The notes below the pieces were generated by a model, which was given only the letters and a program-made list of their open reading frames with translations, ran no database searches and was not told the DNA's origin. Positions 48,786 through 59,165 of a stretch of DNA of 64,000 nucleotides are shown piece after piece. This stretch comes from a virus. Taxonomy: Duplodnaviria; Caudoviricetes. The translations under genes and the position numbers were made by a program. The stretch is taken from positions 1 through 64,000 of the IMG/VR virus record IMGVR_UViG_3300035501_000350; one strand, 5' to 3'. Numbering within the stretch: position 1 is the stretch's first letter; every line of letters starts with the position of its first letter.

Positions 48786-49196
48786 TTACTCAGGCTGATC
48801 CTCAGCGGTGGTAAGAGCGTTCTCAATAACCATCTTAGTGATAGCACCAAACTTGCCATTATGCTCAGTATTGTAAGTAACAATAGTGGGCTGCTTGAAA
48901 GATGCTTTGACGGTATCGCAGAGCTTAGCGAAGAGGACTACAGTAAATACATTAGTCTCGTCGTTATAGTTTCTAATGTAACCAACAGTCACAAGGCGTG
49001 TGTCATCGCTAGCGACATTAGGATCAATAGAATGCCTATAAACGCTAATGGGGAAACTAATCTTATTAAAGGGAGTACTCTTCAGGACATCGAGAATCGC
49101 ATCTTGAATTTCCTCTTCCATCTCATCGTTGATAAAAAGAGGTACCTCAAGAACATTGGGTTTGCTTCTTCTCTTGTTGTCATAATTGTTCTTCAT
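48786..49196 (-). CDS. hypothetical protein
   Basis: GGAGG RBS; TACA-N6-TA motif at ~49232-49243. Confidence 0.7.
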   Translation of the reverse strand: MKNNYDNKRRSKPNVLEVPLFINDEMEEEIQDAILDVLKSTPFNKISFPISVYRHSIDPNVASDDTRLVTVGYIRNYNDETNVFTVVLFAKLCDTVKASFKQPTIVTYNTEHNGKFGAITKMVIENALTTAEDQPE

Positions 49197-49326
49197 TTCA
49201 CAGACCTCCATGGAGTGTAGATTTTATTTAGTACTTTAATGTACCATCTAATTAAATTATATGTATGACATTGTGTAAAATTTGACATTATAATAAATAA
49301 ATTTATCAATGCTAGGAGGTTACACA

Positions 49327-49836
49327 ATGGAACAATATAAGAGTAAATATAATAGAATATTGACAGACGAAGATCAAAACTCTGTTAACCGTAATATGGA
49401 ATATCATTTAACAGTAGAGCAGTATTACGATCTTCTTCATCACTCTCATAATGCATCTGATATTGTTGGCTCATCAACAAGCGGCGGTTCATCTGATGGA
49501 AGCAGCGCAGATGTTACTGAATTAACAGAATCTGTATCTCAGCTTAAGGATTCTGTAGCAGAGCTTAAAGCTTTAATAGAGCAGAACTATGCTAATGATA
49601 GTGAACATGCTGCTGCTTCTAATACATCTAATGATGAGATTAAGCAGAATATTGTTGAACTCACAGCGGCAGTAGCTGCAAATACAGAGAGTATTAATAA
49701 TATAGTTGCTGCTGTAAATAATAACACTACAGCTGTTACTGCTCAAGGACAGGCTATTGATGAACTTAAGGTTCAGGTTGATGCTTTGAATGTCTATGTA
49801 GATCAGGATATTCAGTACGGAGAAAAAGCAGAATAA
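49327..49836 (+). CDS. coiled-coil late protein (fibre-like)
   Basis: N-terminus SKYNRILTD...TVEQYYDLLHHSH.ASDI shared with the next gene; heptad repeats. Confidence 0.72.
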   Translation: MEQYKSKYNRILTDEDQNSVNRNMEYHLTVEQYYDLLHHSHNASDIVGSSTSGGSSDGSSADVTELTESVSQLKDSVAELKALIEQNYANDSEHAAASNTSNDEIKQNIVELTAAVAANTESINNIVAAVNNNTTAVTAQGQAIDELKVQVDALNVYVDQDIQYGEKAE

Positions 49837-49922
49837 TAAAATACAATGCAAGCAGGTAACTCCTGCTTGCATTATTTATTTACATTCATATAAATAAATC
49901 CATAAGGGAGGAAGAATTTTTT

Positions 49923-51647
49923 ATGTCATCTTATTTTAGTAAGTATAAGCGTATCATTACTGATACCGATACTCAGACTGTAAATCCTACAATGAAGTTC
50001 AATATGACTGTAGAGCAGTATCAGGATCTCATGCACCATACGCATAGAGCTTCTGATATTCTTGCTGACGATGGAACTTCTGTTGGTGCTAGTATTCAAG
50101 AGATTACTAATTCTGTAGAGGATCTTAAGACTGCTATTGATGCTAATACAGAAGCAGATGAAACTAATGTAGATGCCATCAATGAGGCTCTTGATAATCT
50201 TAAGAATACTCTTAGCGAGCATAGCACTGAGTCCGATGAGCGTATTACTGCTGCATCTGATGCTATTGATGAGCTTAAGAAGCTCATTAGCTATAATTCC
50301 TCTGCGGATGAAACTAATGCTGCTGCTATGGAGGAAGCTCTGGCTGCCATTAAGGATCTGATCCAGGCTAATACTGATAATGATGCAGCTAATCTTGAAG
50401 CTACTACTAATTCCATTGCTACTCTTACAGCTCTTATTACTGAGAATAGTAATGCTGATGAGGAACAGGCTACATCTGTTGCTGCATCTCTGACAGAGCT
50501 TAATGGCCTTATTCAGGCTAATGCAAATAAGGCTACAGAGATCAATGGAGCTATTGAAGTTCTTGGCGTTAAGGTTCAGAAGAATGCTGATGATATTGCT
50601 GATACCGAAAAGGTAATTGTTGATATTACCGAGGAGAATGCTGTTCTTAAGTCAACCATCGCTAAGATTAAGGCTCAGCTTAGACAGATTATGGATAACA
50701 TTACAGAACCTAAGACTACTCTTCCTGCAGCAGATGCAAATGGAGTTATTACTCTTGATTGGGATTATGCTGCTCCTCTCACTGTTGCTGAGGGAGAGAC
50801 TGTTACTCTGGATCTGAATGGTTATAATCTTGATTGTGATACAGGATGTACTGTTATTAATAAGGGTAATCTTACCATTGTTGGTGAAGGTATTGTTTCT
50901 TGTGGAGCTAGTAACAGTGCTGCTATTGCTAATTTCCCTGGAGCTACATGTACTCTTGAGGGCGGCACCTTCCAGTCTTCTGCTTGGTATACCATTAAGA
51001 ACTGTGGTATTATGGTTATTGACGGTGATGTTACTATTACTACTAATAGTGATTCTAATGTCTCTAGCCTGATTGATAATGGTTGGTACGGTAGCACCGA
51101 TAAGGTTGCTGGTGAGTCTCTTCCTGCTCAGGCTAATGCTGCTTATCTTACCATTGAGAGTGGAGCATTTAACTGCACTGGTGGTCCTAAGAGTTGCTCT
51201 GTTGTTAAGAATGATGACTATGGCACTCTTGTTATTAATGGTGGTACATTTGATAGTACTGCTAATACTGGTACATCCGCTGCAGCAACCATTATGAACT
51301 GGAATATCTGTACTATTAACGACGGTACATTCATTGGTCAGTATCCTATCTCTAATGGTTACTGTGATGCCAATGCTGATATTGGTGAGTGCACTATCAA
51401 TGGCGGTACATTCATTGGTACCATGTCTACGTTTGGTCAGAATAGTGGTTCTACCGATGGATATGGTACTCTTACTATCAATGGTGGTACATTCGATGCT
51501 CCTATCGTTGGTAATAAGGCTCCTTATGCCATCGTTATCTGTGGTGGCACGTTCCCTGCTGATGTTGCAAGCATTGTTGATACTGAGAAGTATGATGTTA
51601 CTGCTAACTCCGACGGAACGTACACTGTTACCGCTAAGGTTGCTTAA
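49923..51647 (+). CDS. coiled-coil fibre with C-terminal beta-helix/adhesin-like domain
   Basis: shared N-terminal motif, ~200-aa coiled coil, then TLDLNG and repeated INGGTF beta-helix motifs. Confidence 0.75.
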   Translation: MSSYFSKYKRIITDTDTQTVNPTMKFNMTVEQYQDLMHHTHRASDILADDGTSVGASIQEITNSVEDLKTAIDANTEADETNVDAINEALDNLKNTLSEHSTESDERITAASDAIDELKKLISYNSSADETNAAAMEEALAAIKDLIQANTDNDAANLEATTNSIATLTALITENSNADEEQATSVAASLTELNGLIQANANKATEINGAIEVLGVKVQKNADDIADTEKVIVDITEENAVLKSTIAKIKAQLRQIMDNITEPKTTLPAADANGVITLDWDYAAPLTVAEGETVTLDLNGYNLDCDTGCTVINKGNLTIVGEGIVSCGASNSAAIANFPGATCTLEGGTFQSSAWYTIKNCGIMVIDGDVTITTNSDSNVSSLIDNGWYGSTDKVAGESLPAQANAAYLTIESGAFNCTGGPKSCSVVKNDDYGTLVINGGTFDSTANTGTSAAATIMNWNICTINDGTFIGQYPISNGYCDANADIGECTINGGTFIGTMSTFGQNSGSTDGYGTLTINGGTFDAPIVGNKAPYAIVICGGTFPADVASIVDTEKYDVTANSDGTYTVTAKVA

Positions 51648-51698
51648 TTCAGTCAAAAAAATATACCCAGGGGAGCAATCCCCTGGGTATATCATTCC

Positions 51699-54002
51699 TT
51701 AGATGATATCTTCTTTCTTAACTGTGATGCCCTTGGTGAAAGCAGATTTATCATTCTGGAGTTCAGTGATGAGTTTAAGCTCCTTCTTAACATCTTGGAT
51801 TGTATACTGTTTAAGAGTTCTTCCTGTGTTAGGAATAACAGTACTTTCTCCAAGCATCTTAGGAGGCATCTCACCAAGTCCCTTATAACGAGTAAGATTC
51901 TTAGGCTCAAACGAATTAAACATGCCCATCAAACCATAAATGGTATACTTAACACCATTGATCATATAGTAGTCATCAGATCTATTAATCATATTGATAA
52001 TCTCAGCACAATCATTGAGCAATCTATTGTTTAAGAATATCGTCTGATAGTTAGATCCAACAAGACCACGAATGAGGATAGTATCCTTGGTTTGCTCTAC
52101 AGATAAGAACTTGTATTCTTTCTGTACGACTTGCTTTAACTTGCTAAAGCTAAGATTTCTGTTATAGAGAATGAACTCTAATAGATACGGATCAATAGCA
52201 TAGATGCCAGCAATATGGTTAACCATGCTTACATAATCCATATTATTATGAATGATTCTAATGATCTCCTTCTTAGGATATTCTTTACCCTTGAGATTAC
52301 AGATTTTATTATCCTTGCAGAGGATAGATTGCACATACTCTACATACTCCACATTATCTGCAAAGAACTTCATCTTATTCTTACCAAGACTAATTCCATA
52401 CAGAGGTGGATTAGCAACATAGAGCATACCATCTGTAATAACCCATGGTAGATATCTCAAGAACATACCAAACAGCAAGCACTCGATATGCTTTCCATCT
52501 GCATCAGCATCTGTAGCAATAACAATCTTGCTAGGTTTAAATTTAGCAGGATCGAATGTTTTAGAATATCCTTGATAGCCCATGATCTTGAATATTCCAG
52601 CAACCTCAGCATTCTCAAAATACTTCTTTGTAGGAGTAGTGAATGCATTAGAAATCTTACCCTTGATAGGCATTATTCCTTGAGTTTGCTTGTCTCTATT
52701 GTTCTCCATACCGGATGCAGCAGAGTCACCCTCGCAAATCCAAAGCTCAAATCCTTTACCTACATTGGACTTCTTATACTTAGCAGGATATCCAGTAATA
52801 ACAGATGCAGTATATTTATCTGTCATTTTTATTTTCTCATTATCTGACTTAGTACGAATTTCACATACAGACTTCAAATATTTAGAAACCTTCTGGAGAT
52901 CCCCAGGGTTGTTAGTCGCCCAATTCTGTAATGCTGCGATTGTTGCTTTAGACACGTAAGGTTTAATATCCTCTTTAGAGAAGATCTGCTTACTCTGTCC
53001 GGTAAACATAGCATGAAGATGGAATACAGATACAACAGCTCTTAGTCCTGTACGAATATCCTGAGCATTAACCTGAAGCTTCTTATTACCTGCTAGATAG
53101 ATCTTATTCATATAGTCTCTAAAGTACTTGACTAATCCATCTAAGAATCCATCTACATGAGTACCAGCTGTTGTAGGGCACATATTGGCGAAGCTAAGAA
53201 TATTAGGATCACCCATATCTGCTACATCATAGCTGAACAGAATCTCTACCTTCATGGTACCGTTATCTTCAGTGAAATAAATTGGATCGCAAACTCTAGA
53301 TTCGCAAATTGTATTGATAAGTTCTACAATACCATTTCTATTCTCTAAGACAACAGTTCTTTTCTGCCCCATGAGATTAATAGCATTGAAAGTAATCCTA
53401 GTGCCAATAGTGCATAAATGGCAGAGAAGCCATGTTAAATGCTCGATCTCCGTATCATCTACAGTAATCTCTCCCATCATTTCAGATGGAGCAAATGAAG
53501 TAATCAATCCATGTTTACCCTTAGGGCATTTAATAGATTGAGTTCCTTTCTTGGATAGACGGCCTTCATTGAACTCTACTTTAGCGGCTGTTCCATCCAT
53601 ACGATAAGACTCTACAACAAAGAACTTAGATAGAAAGTTTGTTATTGTAGCACCCATACCATTCTTACCAGAAGAATAATCTCCTGAGCCATCTTGTTTA
53701 TCATAGTTTGAAGATGAATGAAGCTCTGAGAATACTGGCGCAAGCATATCTAATTTAATGCCCTGGCCATTATCCTCGATAATGCATGTATGAGTTCTAG
53801 CATCGAAAGATACTATGATATTTTTGTCTAAAGTATTACCCTTGATAATTTCATCAAGGGAGTTCTGAAGAATCTCTCGATACATGTTTACAAATCCAGG
53901 ATTTCCTAAAGCTCCAATATATACATCTGGTAATTTCCTTACGGCTTCAACTTGATCTTTAATTAGTTTGATTTCTTTTTGCTGGTTAATTTCTGTCGCC
54001 AT
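51699..54002 (-). CDS. gyrB: type IIA topoisomerase subunit B (GyrB/ParE-like)
   Basis: EILQNSLDE, DNGQGI, SGKNGMG, EGDSA, PIKGKI, TDADADGKHI, YKGLGEM. Confidence 0.95.
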   Translation of the reverse strand: MATEINQQKEIKLIKDQVEAVRKLPDVYIGALGNPGFVNMYREILQNSLDEIIKGNTLDKNIIVSFDARTHTCIIEDNGQGIKLDMLAPVFSELHSSSNYDKQDGSGDYSSGKNGMGATITNFLSKFFVVESYRMDGTAAKVEFNEGRLSKKGTQSIKCPKGKHGLITSFAPSEMMGEITVDDTEIEHLTWLLCHLCTIGTRITFNAINLMGQKRTVVLENRNGIVELINTICESRVCDPIYFTEDNGTMKVEILFSYDVADMGDPNILSFANMCPTTAGTHVDGFLDGLVKYFRDYMNKIYLAGNKKLQVNAQDIRTGLRAVVSVFHLHAMFTGQSKQIFSKEDIKPYVSKATIAALQNWATNNPGDLQKVSKYLKSVCEIRTKSDNEKIKMTDKYTASVITGYPAKYKKSNVGKGFELWICEGDSAASGMENNRDKQTQGIMPIKGKISNAFTTPTKKYFENAEVAGIFKIMGYQGYSKTFDPAKFKPSKIVIATDADADGKHIECLLFGMFLRYLPWVITDGMLYVANPPLYGISLGKNKMKFFADNVEYVEYVQSILCKDNKICNLKGKEYPKKEIIRIIHNNMDYVSMVNHIAGIYAIDPYLLEFILYNRNLSFSKLKQVVQKEYKFLSVEQTKDTILIRGLVGSNYQTIFLNNRLLNDCAEIINMINRSDDYYMINGVKYTIYGLMGMFNSFEPKNLTRYKGLGEMPPKMLGESTVIPNTGRTLKQYTIQDVKKELKLITELQNDKSAFTKGITVKKEDII

Positions 54003-54138
54003 TGGTATCACCTCAAACTTAGTATTTACTTTTACGTTTGTGCGTGGTGTAAAAAACTATTTTAGATAGACAATAGATAGGGTTCGGGACGTTGCCCGAA
54101 CCCTATATTATTGTTATCTGAGATGAACTTAATTAGCC

Positions 54139-55164
54139 TTACAGATTAACCTTGTTCTCAGAGGTTGCAGTTCCATCGCCGTTGTTCTTCACTGCGGGAG
54201 GATCAATAGCGCTTGCTGCGGGCTGATAACCCTGAGGAGCTGCATTAACCGGAGCTGCAGGGGCATAAGTCGGCATTACAGTAGCCTGCTGTGCAGGTGC
54301 GGGCTGTGCTGCCTGAGTTGCCTGAGCCTGCTGCTGCTGATAAGCACCCTGAGGAGGTGCTACCATATTAGCTGTCTGCTGGACAAACTGCTGATTGGGG
54401 GCTGCATAGTTCACACCATAGGTAGCCTGCATGGGGTTGTTGTAAGGATTAGCCACGGGAGGCTGATAATATCCATTGTTCACAGCACCCTGCTGCTGGG
54501 GCTGGCCCTGATAATAATACCCGGCCTGTGTCTGCTGAGCTCCCTGGGGCTGATACTGATAAGTGGGATAAGCGGGCTGATAATACTTGTTTCCAAACAG
54601 GCTGTTATACTGTGCATAGATAGAAGCATCCTGAGCGTTAGCTACGTTATGCTGGTTGTAATACTTGTTAAAGTTATTCATCGCATACTCATAGATATCG
54701 GGATACTTCTCAAGCAGGGGAATCATGGTGAACAGCTCGCGAGTAAGCTCGACGGGCAAATCACCAAGCCACTTAGCATTCTGCATGCTGGAAACAAGAG
54801 CATTAACAAGCTCTGTTACCTGCTCCTTAGTAAAAGCTTCCTGGGACCAACGAGCACCACAAATCGGGCACCATACATCACCGGAGCCGTCGTTCAGAGG
54901 CTGAACGCGATCCTGACCATTCTGCTTATGTGTGCACATAGCACGAAGCACATCAGTCTGCTTAATGTTAAGGTCAATCTTGCTTGCGGGCTTATCGTTC
55001 ATCAGAGTACGAATCTCTTCATCGGTAAGAGCATTCATATTCTGAGGAACCTGGAAGTTTTGGGCGACTACAGGCTGATAGCCATACGGGGCATTGTAAT
55101 ACTGCTGTGTGTAGGGCTGCTGATAGCCTCCGTAGTAATACCCATTGTTCATCGTGTTATCCAT
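54139..55164 (-). CDS. Gln/Tyr/Pro/Asn-rich low-complexity protein with a central Zn-binding motif
   Basis: C.H...CPICG core flanked by YQQP/QQQ-rich tails; AAGGAGG RBS, TATAATATA motif at ~55240. Confidence 0.8.
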   Translation of the reverse strand: MDNTMNNGYYYGGYQQPYTQQYYNAPYGYQPVVAQNFQVPQNMNALTDEEIRTLMNDKPASKIDLNIKQTDVLRAMCTHKQNGQDRVQPLNDGSGDVWCPICGARWSQEAFTKEQVTELVNALVSSMQNAKWLGDLPVELTRELFTMIPLLEKYPDIYEYAMNNFNKYYNQHNVANAQDASIYAQYNSLFGNKYYQPAYPTYQYQPQGAQQTQAGYYYQGQPQQQGAVNNGYYQPPVANPYNNPMQATYGVNYAAPNQQFVQQTANMVAPPQGAYQQQQAQATQAAQPAPAQQATVMPTYAPAAPVNAAPQGYQPAASAIDPPAVKNNGDGTATSENKVNL

Positions 55165-55269
55165 TTGTAAATCCTCCTTAAATTATATTGGGTGCTATGG
55201 ATAATATAGAGCGTATAGGTTTACACCTATACACCTCTATATTATACGATTATTATTAAGTTTACTCTG

Positions 55270-55866
55270 TTATAAATTACTACTTTCGTCGGCAGAGTTT
55301 TCCGATTCAGTAGATGCAGCTGCTTTCTTCTTAGCTTCAGCTTCTAAGATCTTAGCATTTCTATCTGCATATCTTCTAGTCTCCATAAACGATTCAGCGT
55401 ACTTGTTGTTGTAGTAATCATCCTTACTATTAGCTGCCTCCTCGCCAAGAAGCTTCTGGATTTCTGTGGGTGTAAGCTCATATCTAGAAGGATCGATAAG
55501 CTTGGTATACGTATTCTTGATAAGAGCTTTGTAAGCTGCACTCATAGTGCACCCTGCAGATTCAAGACCATCAAACAGATCATCTAATTCATCTACAGGA
55601 AGAACAACAAGTTCAAGACCCTGAATAATCTCATACTGGAATACAATAACAGAGATAGAATTACCAATGTTACTTGGAGTACGGCTACTCTGAGGGTCGG
55701 TAAGTCTAAACGAATATAACAGTTCATTCTCGTCATCCCACTTGGTAAATTGGAATCTGTTAGATTCATCAACGACAACGAAACTATTATCAATGAAAAC
55801 TCTTAAGGGAGCATTAATGCCATGCTTAAGAGCAGTTCTGGTCTTAATGAGCGTTTCTTTATCCAT
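55270..55866 (-). CDS. hypothetical protein
   Basis: AAAGGAG RBS, AACA-N6-TA motif at ~55910-55921. Confidence 0.75.
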   Translation of the reverse strand: MDKETLIKTRTALKHGINAPLRVFIDNSFVVVDESNRFQFTKWDDENELLYSFRLTDPQSSRTPSNIGNSISVIVFQYEIIQGLELVVLPVDELDDLFDGLESAGCTMSAAYKALIKNTYTKLIDPSRYELTPTEIQKLLGEEAANSKDDYYNNKYAESFMETRRYADRNAKILEAEAKKKAAASTESENSADESSNL

Positions 55867-55946
55867 ATATCTATATCTCCTTTACGAATTAGTAAGTGAT
55901 TTAAGCTTTACTAAAATGTTTAAGGGGGAGTATCTAATGTGAACCA

Positions 55947-56408
55947 TCATAGATAGTTCACATTAAGATTCATGAGCTGGATGTTTTTCAATGTTGAAAT
56001 AACATCAGCGCCATTATAGATAGCATTAAACATCTGATACAACTGCAGCCAGTTATAACACCTGTCATTCTGCTTGGTTTGCTCGTTTGTTGCTAGTGCT
56101 CTCTCCTGGTTAATATCTGTTGTCCGGTACGGAACAAATCCAGATATCAAACCATCTTGGATATAGTAATTCAATGCGTTTACCAATACTGATGCAGTCT
56201 GGTATTGAACATAGCTTTCTGTTAAGCATGCAGACAGGACTTTCTCATTCGTAAAATACAAATAGTCTTGTTCGGCAATATTGTCAAACTTAATGTCTCT
56301 GATAATGCGCTTTACAGATTTTCTAATTTCATCAACAGACATGTTGTTGAAGAAGTTAGGATTGTTGTTAGCAGAGCGTTTCTCTGCAAAGAAACTTTGT
56401 CTTGCCAT
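55947..56408 (-). CDS. hypothetical protein
   Basis: AAGGAGG RBS before MARQS. Confidence 0.7.
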   Translation of the reverse strand: MARQSFFAEKRSANNNPNFFNNMSVDEIRKSVKRIIRDIKFDNIAEQDYLYFTNEKVLSACLTESYVQYQTASVLVNALNYYIQDGLISGFVPYRTTDINQERALATNEQTKQNDRCYNWLQLYQMFNAIYNGADVISTLKNIQLMNLNVNYL

Positions 56409-56440
56409 TTGCGTCGCCTCCTTGGGGTAGTACAAGTAAT

Positions 56441-56863
56441 TTACTCGTAATTAGGTGCCAGAATATCAGCACCACTAAGTCTCTCGCTTGAGGGTATATC
56501 AATAAGAGCATTGATCTCATTTACAGGGATAGAATCGTCCGTCTCTGTATTGGATGCGGAAATATGCTCATCGATATCAAAACTATCTTCCTGGTAGAAC
56601 TGTTTAGCATACTTCATGAAAGAATAAACAGACTTACGCTGAAGCAACGTACAAGATTCTACAAGAACGAATGACTCTTCAAGATCAATGTAATCTGCGA
56701 CTGTCTTGATAGTGTCATATACTTCACTTCTACCCTTGATGATTTCCCACCATGTATTATCGGAATCAGTTCCGACAAAACAGATGAGATATTCTTTATC
56801 CTCAGGGGTTTTTCTAGGAACAGAATTGTCCACAATTCTAACCATAGTTTTTTTCTCTGACAT
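56441..56863 (-). CDS. hypothetical acidic protein
   Basis: AAGGAGG RBS, TATACTATA early-type motif at ~56900. Confidence 0.7.
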   Translation of the reverse strand: MSEKKTMVRIVDNSVPRKTPEDKEYLICFVGTDSDNTWWEIIKGRSEVYDTIKTVADYIDLEESFVLVESCTLLQRKSVYSFMKYAKQFYQEDSFDIDEHISASNTETDDSIPVNEINALIDIPSSERLSGADILAPNYE

Positions 56864-56924
56864 TTTTATTACCTCCTTTTCTATATAGTCACTATTATAG
56901 TATATCACTGAATAGTGATTTACT

Positions 56925-58136
56925 CTAGCTTGATTTTACATAGACCAACTGTTGGTCTGCTCTAGATGCTCCAACTAGATTTATACATGGCTGCATTGCT
57001 GGATTCATATGCTCCTCTATATATACAACTTTATGGAACTGAGACCCCTGAGCAATATGAGCTGTAATGCAATAGGCAAATTCAAACTTATTACCTACCT
57101 CGTATTTATTAGCTCTTATTTTAACTCTGGTATCATTCTCTGAAACCATATGAGCGTAATTACATCTAGAGTTTTTGAATATGGCATTTGGAGCCAGATC
57201 AGGAGCAAAGTTCATAGAGAATAGTTTACCATCAAAGCTAGATACATCTGGATTACTAACAACTGTACCAATAAGACCATTACATAGATTGATTACATAT
57301 CCATTAGATGCAGATACTCCTTCAATCCAGTTATTACTACGACATACTACTTTCTCTCCATACTGAGGTAGATCACCTTTGAAACCTTTGAGAGCTCGTA
57401 CACGTTTATTGATAGCATCTCTAGTCTTATTTTTACCACATATGATAGCATCTGCCCATAGAAGCATACCATCAGTAAGATCTTCTTTATTGATAACTAG
57501 GCTGTTACCATAATAGCCATTAAGCAATGGTTGACCATTACCAACCATGGTAGCAATGAAGTTTATATCTTCTCTTCCGGCTTGGCGCATACATTGTATT
57601 AGATGGTAAATCTTATTATCCCCGGTTAGAAATGCTGGTTCTTCTTTAACCGGAGGAAGCTGATGCTGATCTCCACACGCTATGATCTTTAGACCAAATT
57701 TCTCTATCGTAGGTCTTAGACTCTTAGGCATAGAGTAAGCCTCATCTATAGCTATAAGTCTAATCCTATCATCGAGATGATCTACAGGGATAAACCTAGG
57801 AACTCTTATAGGGCAATTCATAAGTTCATCCATAACTACATTGCCCTCTTTGTCTCTAAGAGGTTCAGATCTTATATTGTATATCCAGCTATGAGCTGTC
57901 TTTGCACTAATAAGACCTTTCATTCGCATCACAAGGCTAGCAGAACCAATGAAACTCATTGGAGCTACCTCTGTTAATGGGTCTAATCCTATACGACGGA
58001 TAATCTCATTTAGAACAACAGACTTTCCTGTACCGGGAGGGCCATCAATTTCAAATACTTGTGTAGTTCCATTGTAGTACCAATCCACGGCTTGTTCTAT
58101 AACGTACTGCTGTTCTTCGTTAAACTTAAACATCAA
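56925..58136 (-). CDS. SF1 helicase (Dda/RecD-like)
   Basis: GPPGTGKS, TAHSWIY, IDEAYSM, GDQHQLPPV, MRQA, AYCITAHIAQGSQF. Confidence 0.9.
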   Translation of the reverse strand: MMFKFNEEQQYVIEQAVDWYYNGTTQVFEIDGPPGTGKSVVLNEIIRRIGLDPLTEVAPMSFIGSASLVMRMKGLISAKTAHSWIYNIRSEPLRDKEGNVVMDELMNCPIRVPRFIPVDHLDDRIRLIAIDEAYSMPKSLRPTIEKFGLKIIACGDQHQLPPVKEEPAFLTGDNKIYHLIQCMRQAGREDINFIATMVGNGQPLLNGYYGNSLVINKEDLTDGMLLWADAIICGKNKTRDAINKRVRALKGFKGDLPQYGEKVVCRSNNWIEGVSASNGYVINLCNGLIGTVVSNPDVSSFDGKLFSMNFAPDLAPNAIFKNSRCNYAHMVSENDTRVKIRANKYEVGNKFEFAYCITAHIAQGSQFHKVVYIEEHMNPAMQPCINLVGASRADQQLVYVKSS

Positions 58137-58139
58137 TCA

Positions 58140-58628
58140 TTACTTCTTTCTAGGAAGTGTAATATCAAAGATATCAAACTGATATAGATGGCTAGTCTTA
58201 TTCAGTTTGGTGATGAAGTTAAATACTCTAACAGACTCACTAATATATGGGTCTGATACCATACTCTTTGTTTCGCCATTGATATTGTAATACATCACAA
58301 ACATCCCCTTGTTAGCCCCAGGGATAGGAACCTGCGCAATGCTCTGGAATACAACTCCAATCCTATTGCAATAATTGCTAAGGAATGGGATTACTAGAGT
58401 TTCTGCTAGACGAGAGTTCTCTAAGAGATTCATCTCTATCTCGTCATGTTTCAAATACGGGTTATCAACCTCGCAATACTTAATATACTTTTCTTTGATT
58501 TGCAATACAGATTCGGTATTCATATCAAACAGGTATCCCTCATCTGTAAGATCAAATCCTAATTCACGCATCATTGCGTCATTAAATCTTAATCTAAGAT
58601 CTAGTGCTTGTGCTTTAGTTATCGCCAT
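58140..58628 (-). CDS. hypothetical protein
   Basis: GGAGG RBS before MAITK; TATATTATA motif upstream. Confidence 0.7.
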   Translation of the reverse strand: MAITKAQALDLRLRFNDAMMRELGFDLTDEGYLFDMNTESVLQIKEKYIKYCEVDNPYLKHDEIEMNLLENSRLAETLVIPFLSNYCNRIGVVFQSIAQVPIPGANKGMFVMYYNINGETKSMVSDPYISESVRVFNFITKLNKTSHLYQFDIFDITLPRKK

Positions 58629-58728
58629 GTTATTACCTCCAATAAATATATTTGGGTTCGACATAGTTATAATATACGTTTATATCATAATTTATACTGA
58701 TTACTACGAAGTTTGAGAGGGTTTAAAA

Positions 58729-59151
58729 ATGGACAATAATAACTACACTAGCTCTGAAGGATATACCCTTGAGTTTGCTATTCTTCAAGAGGATATTCCT
58801 GCAGATCAATCTACTACTGCTAATTTTAAGATCCCTACTTTAATCAATACAGGAACTGTAGCTAAAGTAAATACTAATACTTCAACTATAAGAAATAAAA
58901 CAACCACTAATCTTACTAGTGCTTCTATGAATATTAAAGATACAATCTCATTAAGAGTGCCAATGGAGTATACATATTACTGGGGTACTAGCAAAATAAT
59001 CCCTGCTGGAACTAGATTTATTGTAGCTTACATTGGTGGCAATGTTAATGAGATCGCTATTGTTGGACGATATGATCGTAGCGGTGCTGATGCTCCTGCA
59101 TGTGATAGATGTAGAGGCATCTGTGATCTTTGTCCTAGCTGCTGCGGATAA
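58729..59151 (+). CDS. hypothetical structural (possible baseplate) protein with Cys-rich C-terminus
   Basis: IPAGTRFIVAYIGGN OB-like motif; CDRCRGICDLCPSCC tail. Confidence 0.55.
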   Translation: MDNNNYTSSEGYTLEFAILQEDIPADQSTTANFKIPTLINTGTVAKVNTNTSTIRNKTTTNLTSASMNIKDTISLRVPMEYTYYWGTSKIIPAGTRFIVAYIGGNVNEIAIVGRYDRSGADAPACDRCRGICDLCPSCCG

Positions 59152-59165
59152 GGAGTGATTAATCT

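Noticed and set aside
50652-51695. 347-aa antisense ORF and many other shadow ORFs (e.g. 16830-17345, 54649-55170, 32935-33420)
   Set aside because: They lie opposite well-supported genes with biased codon usage, and have no RBS or recognisable motifs.
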